Source: Octopus vulgaris (lineage: Eukaryota). Taken from it: 64,000 nucleotides of DNA. Both the position numbers and the translations under genes were made by a program. Positions 27,408 through 41,010 of this stretch are shown here, one piece after another. How positions within the stretch are numbered: the first letter of the stretch is position 1; each line of letters starts with the position of its first letter. The stretch lies in NCBI GenBank assembly GCA_951406725.2, contig OX597831.1, forward strand, positions 4,464,001-4,528,000. The letters run 5' to 3'. A model generated the notes under the pieces. The model had not been told where the DNA came from, did no database searches, and saw only the letters and a list, made by a program, of their open reading frames with translations.

Positions 27408-27562
27408 CTATATATGTATACATACATAAATCTATCTACTTATCTATCTATCTATATACACAGACACACATAAAAGAACATGTATAGATATATAAACAAT
27501 ATTTCTGTCATAGGTATAGCATACTGATATAAATATATCTACGCAAATACATGAATATACAG

Positions 27563-27601
<39 letters not shown>

Positions 27602-27637
27602 CATATATGTAAGCATATATGTAGGTACGTATACATG

Positions 27638-27675
<38 letters not shown>

Positions 27676-27864
27676 TTTATAGATATATGTATGCCTGTAA
27701 ATATAATATTAAAAACTAATTGCACACACTGGTCTGTCAACACACAGACAACCGTCCTCTTGTATGTATGTATGTATGCATGTATGTATGTATGTATGTA
27801 TGTATGTATGTATGTATGTATGTATGTATGTATGTGTGTATGTATGTATATATGTTTGCATGAG

Positions 27865-27903
<39 letters not shown>

Positions 27904-28362
27904 GTACTACAAACACACGTTATAGCCTTTATATTCATGTACATATGTTTTTGGCGACACTTACGCTGCCGTTATAACGAGAAGTCAATTTGAAAATGTG
28001 AGATAAATAAATATATATATATAGAATTAGTATAGATTTTTTCTTAATATGTATGGGTTTTGTTATTATCAGTTGAGCTTTTCATACATTATGGTCGTCA
28101 CTATGTAATTGGATACTGTAATAGGAAATTTAATGCAAAGCGGTTTAAGAGAGACACTGTGCAATGGTCACGTGCTTAAATACGTGAAAAGTAAATGAAT
28201 ATGTACATATATATATATAGCTAAATGTATATAAATGTATACATATATGTAAGCATATAAATTTACATATACATGTATATATACATTCGTATATGTATGT
28301 ATATCATTTATACGTATTTATTTGTACGTATCTGTTTGTGTATGTGTGTATATGCGTATATA

Positions 28363-28410
<48 letters not shown>

Positions 28411-28413
<3 letters not shown>

Positions 28414-28503
28414 CGGTTGGACAAAATAATAGAAATACCTCGCATCATAATTTTGAAATATCTATCAAACCGTCAAATGCTTGTTTATTTTTACGTTTTT
28501 TTA

Positions 28504-28561
<58 letters not shown>

Positions 28562-29671
28562 GCTTAATATGTTTTGCTAAAATTGCCGTTTCTTTTCAGA
28601 TATCATCAGAAAAAGGTAATTAAAATTCATTAAAATGACAGATCTATCCAACTTTCAATTAGGTCAAATTGTTGGTGCTCGTATGTCAGGCGCTAGCGTA
28701 ATGTAAACAGCCGAAATGTTTAGTGTACCAAGAAGTACTGTCTCGAAAGTAATGACAGCCTTTGAGAAAGAAGGAAAAACCTCCTCGTAGAAACAAAACT
28801 CCGGAAGAAAACCAAAACTTTCAGATAGGGACCGTCGGACTTTTACGCGAATTGTTAAAAAGGATCACAAAAGTACTTCTACCCAAATTTCTGCAGAGCT
28901 TAATGACCACCTCGAGAACCCAGTCTCCACAAAATCCGTTCGCCGGGAGCTGCACAAAGCCGGATTTTACGGGAGGACTGCAATCAGAAAACCACCACTT
29001 AAAAAAAAAAACATTGCAAAGTGTTTAGAGTGAAGTAAAAACCTACAGAATCGATCCCTAGAGCAGTGGAAAAATATTATTTTCTCAGACGAGTCATCCT
29101 TTACCTTATTTCCGACCACCCAGGCGGCCTTCTTCCAACTGTTAAACATGGAGGAGGATCTGTGATGATCTGAGGGCTATATCTTGGAAATCCGCCGGCC
29201 CAATGGTTTCTCTTCATGGCAGATTTAACTGTCAAGACTATTTAAGCATTTTCTCTGATCAAATTCATCCTACGGTTGCGGAACTGTTTCCAGAGGGAAA
29301 CGCAATCTTTCAGGATGATAATGCACCAATTCACACAGCTAAAGTTGTTACTGAATAGCACGAGGAGCATTCTAGTGAAGATTTGAACATCTTATCTGGC
29401 CACCACATTTCCCAGATCTCAGTATTATTGAACATATATGGAGCATTTTAGAAAAACAAGTAAGGAGCCGATATCCTCCACCATCATCACTACAAAAATT
29501 GGAGACTATTTTAGCTGAAGAATGGACAAAAATTCCTTTGGAAACAATTCAAACTTTGTACGAGTCCATACCTCGTAGAATTCAAACTGTAATTACGGCC
29601 AAAGGCGGTCCTACTTCATATTAAAATAAATTTGGTTGAAATTTGAAGGTGTTTCCATTATTTTGTACAAC

Positions 29672-29676
<5 letters not shown>
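28411..29676 (+). mobile_element. Tc1-type (DD34E) transposon, full extent, inactive
   Basis: TIRs tagcggttggacaaaataatagaaatacc and ggtgtttccattattttgtacaacccct in (TA)n. Transposase 28635-29624 has FSDESSF, FQDDNAPIH and WPPHFPDLSIIE, with stops and frameshifts. Confidence 0.93.
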
Positions 29677-29727
<51 letters not shown>

Positions 29728-29729
29728 AC

Positions 29730-29962
29730 AGGTGTGTGTGTATGTGTGTGTATATATGTGTATGTTTGTATGTCTGTGTTTGTCGCCCCCAACCGATTCT
29801 GGTGTGCCTACGTCCCTGTAACGTAGCGTTTCAGCAAGAGAGACCGATAAAATAAGTACTAGGCTTACAAAGAATAGGTCCTGAGGTCGATTTGTTCGAC
29901 AAAAGGAGGTGATCCAGCATGGCCGCAGTCAAATGGCTGAAACAAATAAAAAAAGTAAAGGA

Positions 29963-29965
<3 letters not shown>
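29730..29965 (+). mobile_element. SINE family A, 3' half
   Basis: gagaccgataaaataagtactaggc...gcatggccgcagtcaaatggctgaaac. Confidence 0.8.
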
Positions 29966-30034
<69 letters not shown>

Positions 30035-30035
30035 C

Positions 30036-31037
30036 TAGTTTCAGCTCAGAGCTGCAGCCATGCTGATGCACTGCCGTTTTGTGCTACACTGTTATTACGA
30101 CGAACCTCATCTAATATGTGGCACTTGGTGAAGAATGGAGTTTGATACAGCTACTCTCATTTGCACCTCTTGCGTGAGGTAGGTTCATCTGGGACACTTG
30201 ACAGGAAGATGTCCAGCTTTGTTTTAAAAACAGCTACATCTACTTTGTGCAAGTTCCTCAGACTCTTTGAGAGAATATTAAAAAGCTGTGGGCCCTTGAA
30301 ACCCAGGCTATTGCAGAAGCTGGTCCTGAAGCGTGATGGCACTATGCAGTGTCGTCCCGTTCTAGCATTGGTGTAGCTTACAATGCCAAAATTTGGCACA
30401 ATTACTTCCAGGATCTTCCAGACATATATTACTGCATACCTCTCCCGTCTTCTCTCCAGGGAGTAGAGTCTTAGCTGTTTCAACCTTTCCCAGTAGCTGA
30501 GCTGTTGCAAAGAGACGATCTTCTTTGTGAATCTTCTCTGGATTGCTTCAAGGTCCGCTGTTTATTTTACACTGGTGGGTGACCATAGCTGTGAGCAGTA
30601 ATCTAGGCGACTGAGGACAAATGTCCGCCAGAGGACCATCATGGTTTCCTTATCTCTGGTTCTGAATGTTCTTAGGATCCACCCAGCCAGTCGTCTGCAC
30701 TTTGTCGCCATCCTGGTAATGTGCACTTGGAAAGAGGTATCATCACTCATGTCGATACCCAGGTCCCTCACAGACTTAGGCTCTGGGATTGAAATTCCCT
30801 GTGGACCGGTGTATCTTGTAAGTTTAATATTCAGTTTTGGATGCTGGTAGCGTAGGGCCTGGAATTTTTCAGCATTAAACTACATATTATTATCCTCAGC
30901 CCATCTGTAGATTGAGTCCAACTCCTGCTGCAGGTGTGCAACATCGCTGGGGTTCTGTATTTTCTGCGAGACTTTCGTATCGTCTGCATAGCTGGCCAGA
31001 GTGTCTATCCGGCATTTGAGGGCATATCTGAGAGGGC

Positions 31038-31041
<4 letters not shown>
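30036..31041 (-). mobile_element. CR1-group LINE 3' fragment
   Basis: YADDTK, RDLGIDMS, SRLDYCSQLWSP, SYWERLKQLRLYSLERRRER and GPQLFNIL. Confidence 0.9.
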
Positions 31042-31075
<34 letters not shown>

Positions 31076-31140
31076 TATATACAGGTACATCATTGAGTTG
31101 AGGTGCATGGTTTATATTCATATATATATATATATATATA

Positions 31141-31386
31141 TTCTCCCAAAGAGTCTGAGGAACTTGCACAAAGTGGATGTAGCGGTTTTTAAATCAAAGC
31201 TGGTCATCTTCCTGTCAAGAGTCCCAGATGAACCTACCCCACGGCAAGAGGTGCAAATGAGAGTAGCTGTATCAAACTCCATTCTTCACCAAGTGCCACA
31301 TATTAGAGGAGGGTCTTAGTTATAACAGTGTAGCACAAAACGGCGGTGCATCAGCATGGCCGCAGCTCTGAGCTGAAACTAGAAAA
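31141..31386 (+). mobile_element. CR1-group LINE 3' end, inverted relative to 30036-30270
   Basis: LPKSLRNLHKVDVAVFKSKL...PDEP with the same 3' tail. Confidence 0.88.
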
Positions 31387-31945
31387 CATATATATATATA
31401 TATATATCACTGAAGGGATGCGCATAATTTACATTAATATGTAGTACTATTACAAATTCTCTTTTAAAGGCAGCGCGGTATTGTATCTGTCTGATAAAAT
31501 ACTTTGTAGCATTTCTTTTCATCCTAATATTCTGGATCGATAAATTAAGTACCAGTAAAGCACAGATGTTGATATAATCAATTGACCCACTTCCCATAAC
31601 TTTTATACCTCATCGCCTTTGGTAGAAAAAATGTCACAACTAGAGTTATATTTATGTATTTTCAAAAGGTGTTCTATTTTATTATTCCATGTATTGTCGA
31701 AACGTACGTAGCTAAAAAGTTAAATGTGATATCATAAAAATTCCAGTCATCGTCTTAACATATTATATTCTGCGATTTATTTATTTACTGTGGAATTTCA
31801 GTTTTTCAGGACGATTCTCTTTAAGGTAAACCGTCCACGTATGTACACTCTCTCAGTATCCACAAAGGTGCTGACTGAAAAAGCAGCTTGGATTTATTAA
31901 TCCCCTCTTATCTGCAACATATATATATATATCGCAACATATCTG

Positions 31946-32044
<99 letters not shown>

Positions 32045-32050
32045 TATATG

Positions 32051-32082
<32 letters not shown>

Positions 32083-32097
32083 CATATATATATGTAC

Positions 32098-32170
<73 letters not shown>

Positions 32171-32173
<3 letters not shown>

Positions 32174-32918
32174 TACTAATATAGGATGAAGTTTTTGGGG
32201 GGCATAGAAATAATTTTCTTTTGCCTTTGTTTATAAGTTGTTTATAATTTTAACCTTTAAAGGTATTTTAATAAACTGCCACATTTTTGATGGAATTTTT
32301 TTTCTGTAAAAAAAAAACAAACTCCATCCTATATTAGTAGTAGACTTATTACTATTCGCTATAGGGACAGGTAACCACTCTAAGCTGTGGTGGAGAACAG
32401 TTCACACGTGTGCTGGGGCTAACCAAAGGATTTTAGATTTAGATATATCTGGGGTACTTTATGTACACATGACTTTTGCTTTGGCTTTTTTTTCCATGGC
32501 CGCATGTAATTATTTCATTTATTTCTATTCGTATTTTCTACTGAAGAGGAAAAAATCTATTATGAGATTAATTCCGAAATTGATTCAATATAGAAATAAC
32601 GAACTTTTAAAAAAAATTCTGTTGGCTAGCTTTCCTCGATTTCAGCACAACGTACTTCTGTAGCGGGTATAATAATATGTGGAAATTGACGATTTAAAAG
32701 TCTGTTATCAGCATATTGGCATAGAAATAATTTTCTTTTGCCCTTGTTTATAAGTTGTTTATAATTTTAACCTTTAAAGGTCTTTTAATATGCTGCCACT
32801 TTTTTGATGGAATTTTTTTTTCTGTAAAAAAAACTTCATCCTATATTAGTAGTAGATTTATTGCTATTCGCTATAGGGACTGGTAACCACTCTAAGATGT
32901 GGTGAAGAACAGTTCACA
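32171..32918 (+). mobile_element. Retrozyme/Penelope-pLTR-like element: 517-bp unit, about 1.4 tandem copies, inverted 5' fragment
   Basis: Direct repeat of about 200 bp at 32201-32406 and 32718-32918. 32171-32196 is the reverse complement of 32829-32854. A canonical HHR lies inside. Confidence 0.8.
32535..32596 (+). ncRNA. Canonical type I hammerhead ribozyme
   Basis: tttcta-CTGAAGA-GGAA-a-aatct..agatt-TTCC-GAAA-TTGA-t-TCAA-TA-tagaaa. Stem I has 6 bp, the core is intact, and the cleavage triplet is AUA. Confidence 0.85.
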
Positions 32919-33056
32919 GCTTGCTTACGAACCACATCGTTCCGAGTTCAGTCCCACCGCGTGGCACCTTGGGCAAGTGTTTTCTACTATAGCCTCGGGC
33001 CGACCAAAGCCTTGTGAGTGGATTTGCTAGACGGAAACTGAAAGAAGCCTGTCGTA

Positions 33057-33103
<47 letters not shown>

Positions 33104-33330
33104 ATGTGTGTCTATACGTTTGTCTGTCTGTGTTTGTCCCCCCAACATCGCTTGACAACCGATTCTGGTGTGTTTACGCCCCCGTCACTTAAGCGGTTCG
33201 GCAAAAGAGACCGATAGAATAAGTACTAGGCTTACAAAGAATAAGTCCTGGGGTCGATTTGCTCGACTAAAGGTAGTGCTCCAGCATGGCCACAGTCAAG
33301 TGACTGAAACAAGGAAGACTAAAAGAGTAT
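32919..33330 (+). mobile_element. SINE family A
   Basis: Matches the family A copies. Confidence 0.9.
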
Positions 33331-33404
33331 TCCCGAACATTTAGAGTTTTTTGGTTTAGCATCGCACACCTTGTTTTTGAGTACGCCCCAGAGAAAGAAG
33401 TCCC

Positions 33405-34320
33405 TACCACCACCACTGCTACCACCACCACCATTACCACCATCATCATCACAACAACAATAACCATTACTGCAACAACAGCAACCACCACCACCACCAC
33501 CACCACCACCATCACCATCACCATCACCCCCATCAACACCTCGGCCACTGCCCTATCAGCAGTAACAGCAACAACACCATCGGCCTAATTGCAATAACCA
33601 GCAGAAGATCAATCTGATTATTATCAACTTTGTAAACCTCACCAGATTTGGATGTGGTGGGGTTGGGGTGGAGGGCAGTGGGGGTAGGCGGGTCAGCAGT
33701 GGATCAATGCATCGTCCCTTCTTTCCGCGCCCTTCACTGCTCAGACTGAACAAACTCCCACCATCCAATCCCCCATTGGTCGCTCCCCCCACCAAACCCT
33801 CCAAAACAAAAGACAATATGACACTAAAACGAATGACACTCGAACCTCGCTGGCACCACCACCGTCACCAGTACCAAACTACCACCATCACCACCACCAT
33901 CACCACCACCAAACCACCACCACCACCACCACCATCACCAGCACCAAGCCACCACCACCACCACCATCACCAAACTACCACCACCACCACCACCATCACC
34001 AGCACCAAACCACCACCACCATCACCAGCACCAAACTACCACCACCACCACCACCACCACTACCATCACCAACACCCAACCACCACCATCACCAGCACCA
34101 AACTACCACCACCATTACCACCACCACCACCACCACCACCACCACTACCATCACCAGCACCAAACCACGACCACCACCACAACCATCACCAGCACCAAAC
34201 CACGACCAAACTACCACCACCACCACCACCACCATCACCAGCACCAACCCCAGCACCACCACCACCACCACCACCACCACCACCAACATCCAGCCGCACT
34301 ACCCCCCCCGCCCCCAGCAC
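33405..34320. repeat. (CCA/ACC)n-rich low-complexity tracts
   Basis: Degenerate CCA repeats around a unique island at 33545-33850. Confidence 0.85.
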
Positions 34321-34555
34321 CTTTCCGTAGAAATAATCTGTGCTGATGTCTCAGCCAGCTGTTACTACATTGCTGTTGTTGTTGTTGAATCTTATTCCTT
34401 GATCCATCAGAGACCGGCGATCAAAGCCATTCTAGCCGTGACTATTCCGCCTTTGCTTGTCGCATACCTGGAACAACACAATCCAACACATCCTTCCTTT
34501 TGTTTCTAATGGTAAGACGGCAGAGGTGTGTGTGTGTGTGTGTTTGGTAGAGATT

Positions 34556-34960
34556 TATTCTTTTACTTGTTTCAGTCATTTGACTGTGGCCATGCTGGAG
34601 CACCGACTTTAGTCGAGCAAATCGCCCCCAGGACTTATTCCTTGTAAGCCTAGTACTTATTCTATCGGTTGCTTTTGTCGAACCGCTAAATTACGGGTAC
34701 GTAAACACACCAGCATCGGTTGTCAAGCGATATTGGGGGGACAAACACAGACACACACATATGCACACGCACATACATATATATATGAATATACACGATG
34801 GGCTTCTTTCAGTTTCCGTCTACCAAATCCACTCACAAGGCTTTGGTGGGCTCGAGGCTATAGTAGAAGACACTTGCCCAAGGTACCACGCTGTGGGAAT
34901 GAACCCGGAACTATGTAGTTGCTAAGCAAGCAACTAACCACACAACTACTCCTACGCCTA
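34556..34960 (-). mobile_element. SINE family A
   Basis: Matches the family A copies. Confidence 0.9.
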
Positions 34961-35114
34961 TGCCTATTTGGTTACTCCTACGCCTATTTGGTTACTATTT
35001 CTAGCATCTGTGTAGACCACATACAGGCTTACTGATTCGTTTCAATATTGCTGTTGTTATTGTTATTGTTGTTAAGCCATAGCTCACAGCTCGGTTCCTG
35101 ATCAAGCAGAAACC

Positions 35115-35347
35115 TATTTCTTTATTACCCACAAGGGGCTAAACACAGAGGGGACAAACAAGGACAGACATAGGTATTAAGTCGATTACATCGACCCCAG
35201 TGCGTAACTGGTACTTAATTTATCGACCCCGAAAGGATGAAAGGCAAAGTCGACCTCAGCGGATTTTGAACTCACAACGTAACAAGAGACGAAATACCGC
35301 TAAGCATTTTTCCCCCGGCGTGTTAACGTTTCTGCCAGCTCGCCGCC
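35115..35347 (-). mobile_element. SINE family C (Nin-domain-like)
   Basis: gtcgattacatcgaccccag...tttatcgaccccgaaagg...tctgccagctcgccgcc, flanked by a caagcaga duplication. Confidence 0.85.
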
Positions 35348-35697
35348 TGTTACCAAGCAGAGACCGGTGATCAAAGGCGTTCCAAGCCGCGACCATTCCG
35401 TCTTTGCTTTTCGATTTGTCCTTCAATTTTTGTCCTTCAATTTTTCTAATGGTATGAGGCTAGGGCTGTAATGTGTATGTGTCGTGGATGATCTGGTGGG
35501 GATTGGGTTGTTATTTTTAGCATCTGTGTGGACCACGCACAGGTTCACTCGTTTGTTTCACCACCGTTGTTGTTATTGTTGTTCCATATATGACCAAACC
35601 GCCTCGATGTCCCAGTCTGCTGCTGACGACGACGTTATCACATATCGATATGTCTTTAATGTATTCACGACTGGAAACAAACCCTGACAGATTCAAT

Positions 35698-36310
35698 GTG
35701 GTGGAGGTGGTGGCGGCGGCGGTGGTGGCGGCGGCGGTGGTGTTGTTGGTGGTGGTGGTGGCGGTGGCGATTGTGGTGGAGGTGGTGTTCGTGTTGGTGG
35801 TGGTGGTGGTAGCGGTGGTGTTGGTGGTGTTGGTGTTGTTGGTGGTGGTGTTGGTGGTGGTGGTGTTGGTGTTGGTGTTGATGGTGGTGGTGGTGGTGGC
35901 GGTGATGGTGGTGTTGGTGTTGGTGGTGGTGGCGGTGGTGGTGTTGGTGGTGGTGTTGGTGGTGGTGTAGCGGTGGTGTTGGTGTTCGTGGTGGTGTTGG
36001 TGTTCGTGGTGGTGTTGGTAGCGGTGGAATTGGTGGTGTTGGTGGTGGTGTTGGTGGTGGTGGTGGTGTTGGTGGTGGTGGTAGCGGTGGTGTTGGTGGT
36101 GTTGGTGTTGGTGTTGGTGGTGGTGTTGGTGGTGTTGGTGGTGGTGTAGGTGTTGATGGTGGTGGTGGTGGTGGTGGTGGCGGTGGTGGTGGTGGTGGTG
36201 GTGGTGGCGGTGGTGGTGGTGGTGTTGGTGTTGATGGTGGTGGTGGTGGCGGTGGTGGTGGTGGTGTTCGTGTTGGTGGTGGTGGCGGTGTTGTTGTTGT
36301 TGGTGGTGGT
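35698..36310. repeat. (GGT)n degenerate microsatellite
   Basis: Direct inspection. Confidence 0.92.
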
Positions 36311-36541
36311 TTCGGCTGGGATGTGGGGGTCGGCGTCGGGGTTGGGTGGGGGATAGAATGCTTAGTAACGATAGAAGTTCTGGGTCATGGAAAACATATT
36401 TATTTCTTCCGACTAAGTTGGTGGAAGCGGGTTCAAGTTCATGGTTAGGGCGGAGACAGATTAGGGGACAAGGGAGAGGGAAAGAGAATGGGGAGGTGGA
36501 AGAGGTTTTCTTTGTGTTCGTACTGATACAACATGTAACAT

Positions 36542-36640
36542 ATCACCATCATCACCATCATCAGCATTATCATCATCATCATAATCATCATCATCATCAT
36601 CATCATCACCATCATCATCACCATCATCATCATCATCATT

Positions 36641-36680
<40 letters not shown>

Positions 36681-36700
36681 CCTTCATCACCACCAGCATT

Positions 36701-36732
<32 letters not shown>

Positions 36733-36838
36733 TATCATCACCATCATCATCACCATCATCATCACCATCATCATCATCATCATCACCATCATCACCACCA
36801 GCATCATCATCATCACCATCATCACCACCAGCATTATC

Positions 36839-36887
<49 letters not shown>

Positions 36888-37145
36888 CCATCACCATCAT
36901 CACCACCACCATCACCATCATCATCATCACCATCATCACCACCAGCATTATCATCATCATCATCACCATCACCATCATCATCATCATCATCATCACCATC
37001 ACCATCATCACGACCACCATCACCATCATCATCATCACCATCATCATCACCATCATCATCATCATCATCATCATCATCACCATCATCAACATCGCCATCA
37101 TCATCATCGTCGTCGTCGTCGTCATCATCAACATCAACATCATCG
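36542..37145. repeat. (CAT)n microsatellite
   Basis: Direct inspection. The poly-His ORF is an artefact. Confidence 0.93.
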
Positions 37146-37615
37146 CTGCTTACGTCGTCTTGTTAATGTTCTCATTGTCGTTAATAGATCTGCTGATCTG
37201 ACGATTCCAACAAAAATCCGACACCACCACCACCACCACCACCACCGCCACCACCACTAATGCCACCACTCATCATCTTCCTAGTCGCTGTTATCAAGGA
37301 TAGTGTGGTAGTAGTAGTGGTGGTGGTGGCAGTGGCCGTTGTGGTAGCAACAGCAGTAGTTCCTTATCGTCGTTATTATCACAGTGTCACTGATGCGTGA
37401 CAAACTGTTACATGAATATTCATGAGAATACGGTGACGTAAACATTACAACTGCTTCCCCACAACACACACACACACGCACACACACCACACCACACCTA
37501 CATACATACACCCACGCAATCATACAAGTACATCACACACACACACACATATATATGTATAAGTACATATGTATTTAGATGTGTATCTGTATGCATGTAT
37601 GTATGTATGTATATA

Positions 37616-37709
<94 letters not shown>

Positions 37710-37724
37710 CACATACATATACAA

Positions 37725-37755
<31 letters not shown>

Positions 37756-37764
37756 CATACAATG

Positions 37765-37804
<40 letters not shown>

Positions 37805-37842
37805 TACATACATATATATATATATACATATATATACATACA

Positions 37843-37881
<39 letters not shown>

Positions 37882-37907
37882 GCATATATATATACATACA
37901 TACATAT

Positions 37908-37939
<32 letters not shown>

Positions 37940-38467
37940 ATATTATATATATATATATATGTTATACATATATATATATAATATACATATATATTATGTA
38001 TATATATGTATATATATATATATATGTATATATGTGTGTATCTATGTATGTGTTTACATACATAATACACACACATATATGTGCGGGCATGTGTGCGCTT
38101 GTACTTATGTGTGCGTTTGTATGCTTTTGTGTGTGTGTGTGTGTGTGTAGTTTTGATAATCTCACCATCAAGGAACGGGTCATTTCATAAACACAGAATG
38201 TAGGATTGTGTATGTATGTCTAAACAAGCGTGTATAATCGGTATAAACGTGCAATCCTATATTTCGGGGTTAGATGCGTGTGTATGCGTATGTGTGCATC
38301 TTCTACACACATATATACACGCGTGTGGTAAGGAGTTTGCTAGAAGAAGCAGGATAGATAGAACTCAAAGTGTGTGTGTATATATTTTGAGTGTCATACA
38401 TACATACATACATACATAATACATAATAATACATACATAATAATACATACATGCATACATACATACA

Positions 38468-38750
38468 GAAGAAGAAGGAAAGGGAGAAGAAGAATGAGAA
38501 GGAGAAGAATGAAAAAGAGAAGAAGAAGAATGAGAAGGAGAACGAGTAGAAGGAGAAGAAGCAGAAGGAGAAGAAGGAGGGAGAGGAGGAGAAGAAGAAG
38601 GAGAACAAGAAGAATGAGAAGAAGAAGAAGAAAGAGGAGAAGAACAAGTAGGAGGAGGAGGAGGAGGAGAAGAAGAAGAAGAAGAAGCAGAAGAAGGAGA
38701 AGAAAAAGAACGAAAATGAAGAGAAGAAGGAAGAGAAAGAGAAGGAGAAA
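38468..38750. repeat. (GAA/GGA)n purine tract
   Basis: Direct inspection. Confidence 0.9.
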
Positions 38751-40302
38751 TGTAGCAATAACTACAGTGTCCCGTTCACCACAATACAACTTGTATGTGG
38801 TCCATCGACCTACAAAATATAGCAGCCAGATCTCCCTCATACAGAACATCGTATTCTTTCGATCATGGAGCCGTGAATGACCCATAAAACAAAAAAAAAA
38901 CCTTGACTGGAATGCCTTTCTTCCTTGGTCTGTTGATCCAGGATTAGCCCTGGGTTTAACAACAAAAATGGCGACTGCATTAACTACAGTATTGCTCAGG
39001 ATCGATGAAATCGATTTACATGATCCCACGAAATTGCTGGTCTTGTGCCAAAATCTGAAACCATTATTTATAGCGTTATCTGCTTCGAGATCCACTGTTC
39101 CAATAAAATACTATTCCACGTTCTCTCGAAAGTTCATAAATTCTTATGACGTCAGCAACTATTATGATTGTTGTCATTAATGTTGTTGTTGATATTGTTG
39201 TTGTTTTCTTAACGTCGTCGTCGTCGTCGCTCTCATTGCTGTTTTTATTATTGTTGTTGTTATTTTTGTTAATGTTCTTCTTATTGTTGTTGTTGTTGAT
39301 GTTGTGTCATAGGTGTAAACGAGATGACAAGCAAATTATCATAACAAACGCACTACGAGAGAGAAAGGAAATAGAGCGAACAGCTGTTAAGATAATAAAA
39401 TGAATGACATTCTCCTCCCACCATGGGGCCTTTAATTCTTTATCAAACACTGCGTTGTCATTTGTCTTTGTGTTCTATGGTTTCTAATCTTTAGATCTAC
39501 CCACATCGAGTCCTTAGAACACAAAACCTTAGCAATTGGCCCCGGACGGGTTTTGCACACTTTGAAATACGTTTCAACACGCACCCCCCACACACACACA
39601 CACGTACACCCCCAAATAAACCCACACATGTATGCATACACACACAGTCATTTATATTAGTTAACACACACACACACACACACGTACAACCCCCCAAACA
39701 CACCCACACATGCATGCACACATACACACGTACACAACCCTAAACACACCCACACATACATGCACACAGACAGTCATTTATATTAAAGTCGTTAGGTGTT
39801 TATATATATATGTGTGTGTGTGTGTATGTGCATGTGTGTTCATATGTATGTGTCTCTCTCTAAACATATAAATACACACACACACTTGTGTGTATGTAAG
39901 CGTGTAGGAGGTTTTTGTATGCATTCATGTTTCTCACTCCAAGTATGTGGACGTGTGAGTGTGTGTATGTGAATGTGTGTGGGACAACTCAGAGTATCCT
40001 ACGTATGTGTTTGCTTAAGTACATATATCTATATCTAAATATGAATGTATATATGCATCTATGCATGCATAAATTGATATCATATTGAGAGTGAAACGGT
40101 ATAATTTTGTGCTACGTATGTATATTATATATGTATGTATCTATTTATATACATATATATATATTATATATATATGTATATACATATATATATATGTATA
40201 AACATATGTATGTATATATATATATAATATATGTGTATATATATATGTATGTATATATATATATATGCATATATATATGCATGTATATATATGTATGTAT
40301 AT

Positions 40303-40333
<31 letters not shown>

Positions 40334-40426
40334 AATATATGTCTGTATATATATATATATGTGTGTATGTATATATGTATATGTATACGCGCATGTTATA
40401 AATATATATGTATATATATATACATA

Positions 40427-40496
<70 letters not shown>

Positions 40497-40710
40497 TTAG
40501 GGAGTATAACTCCAAACTTACAGGGGAAAATTCAATTTAGTATTGAATCAGATTTCCCAATATAAATATATAATATATATACATGTAATTCAAACAATGA
40601 TAGACATAAACCAAATCATAAAGAAAAAATGAAATATATACGTAGTCTTTTTACTTATTATATATTGTTTATTCATTTTCTTGTACTTGTTGTGATCTAG
40701 TTATATGTTT

Positions 40711-40745
40711 TACAAGCAGAGATACCCGGCGTTGCCCGGTTACAT
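40711..40745 (+). mobile_element. Helentron/HINE-like terminus
   Basis: tacaagcagagatacccggcgttgcccgg resembles HINE/DINE-1-type 5' ends with a short hairpin. Recognition only. Confidence 0.4.
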
Positions 40746-41010
40746 TCAATTGAAGAATTAGACTTTGCTGTTATATTTTCTGAATGAACTGGAATATCTA
40801 TGTATCCGTGTATACATTCATAATGATGTATGGAATACGTATCCAATAGCAACATTAAGTGCAGTAATTTATTTAACCCAGTCCATTATTGTTGTTGTTG
40901 CTGCTGCTGTTGTTGTTGTTGTTGTTGTTGTTTGTCTATCGACACGTATTACACATCGCTCGCGTAAGTTTGGTTATTTATACATTGTTACACAAAGTTA
41001 TATATTGTAC

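Noticed and set aside
31690-31716. GAAA-CGTACG-TA hammerhead 3' half as a standalone ribozyme
   Set aside because: No CUGANGA or stem II partner upstream, so it is counted only as a fragment.
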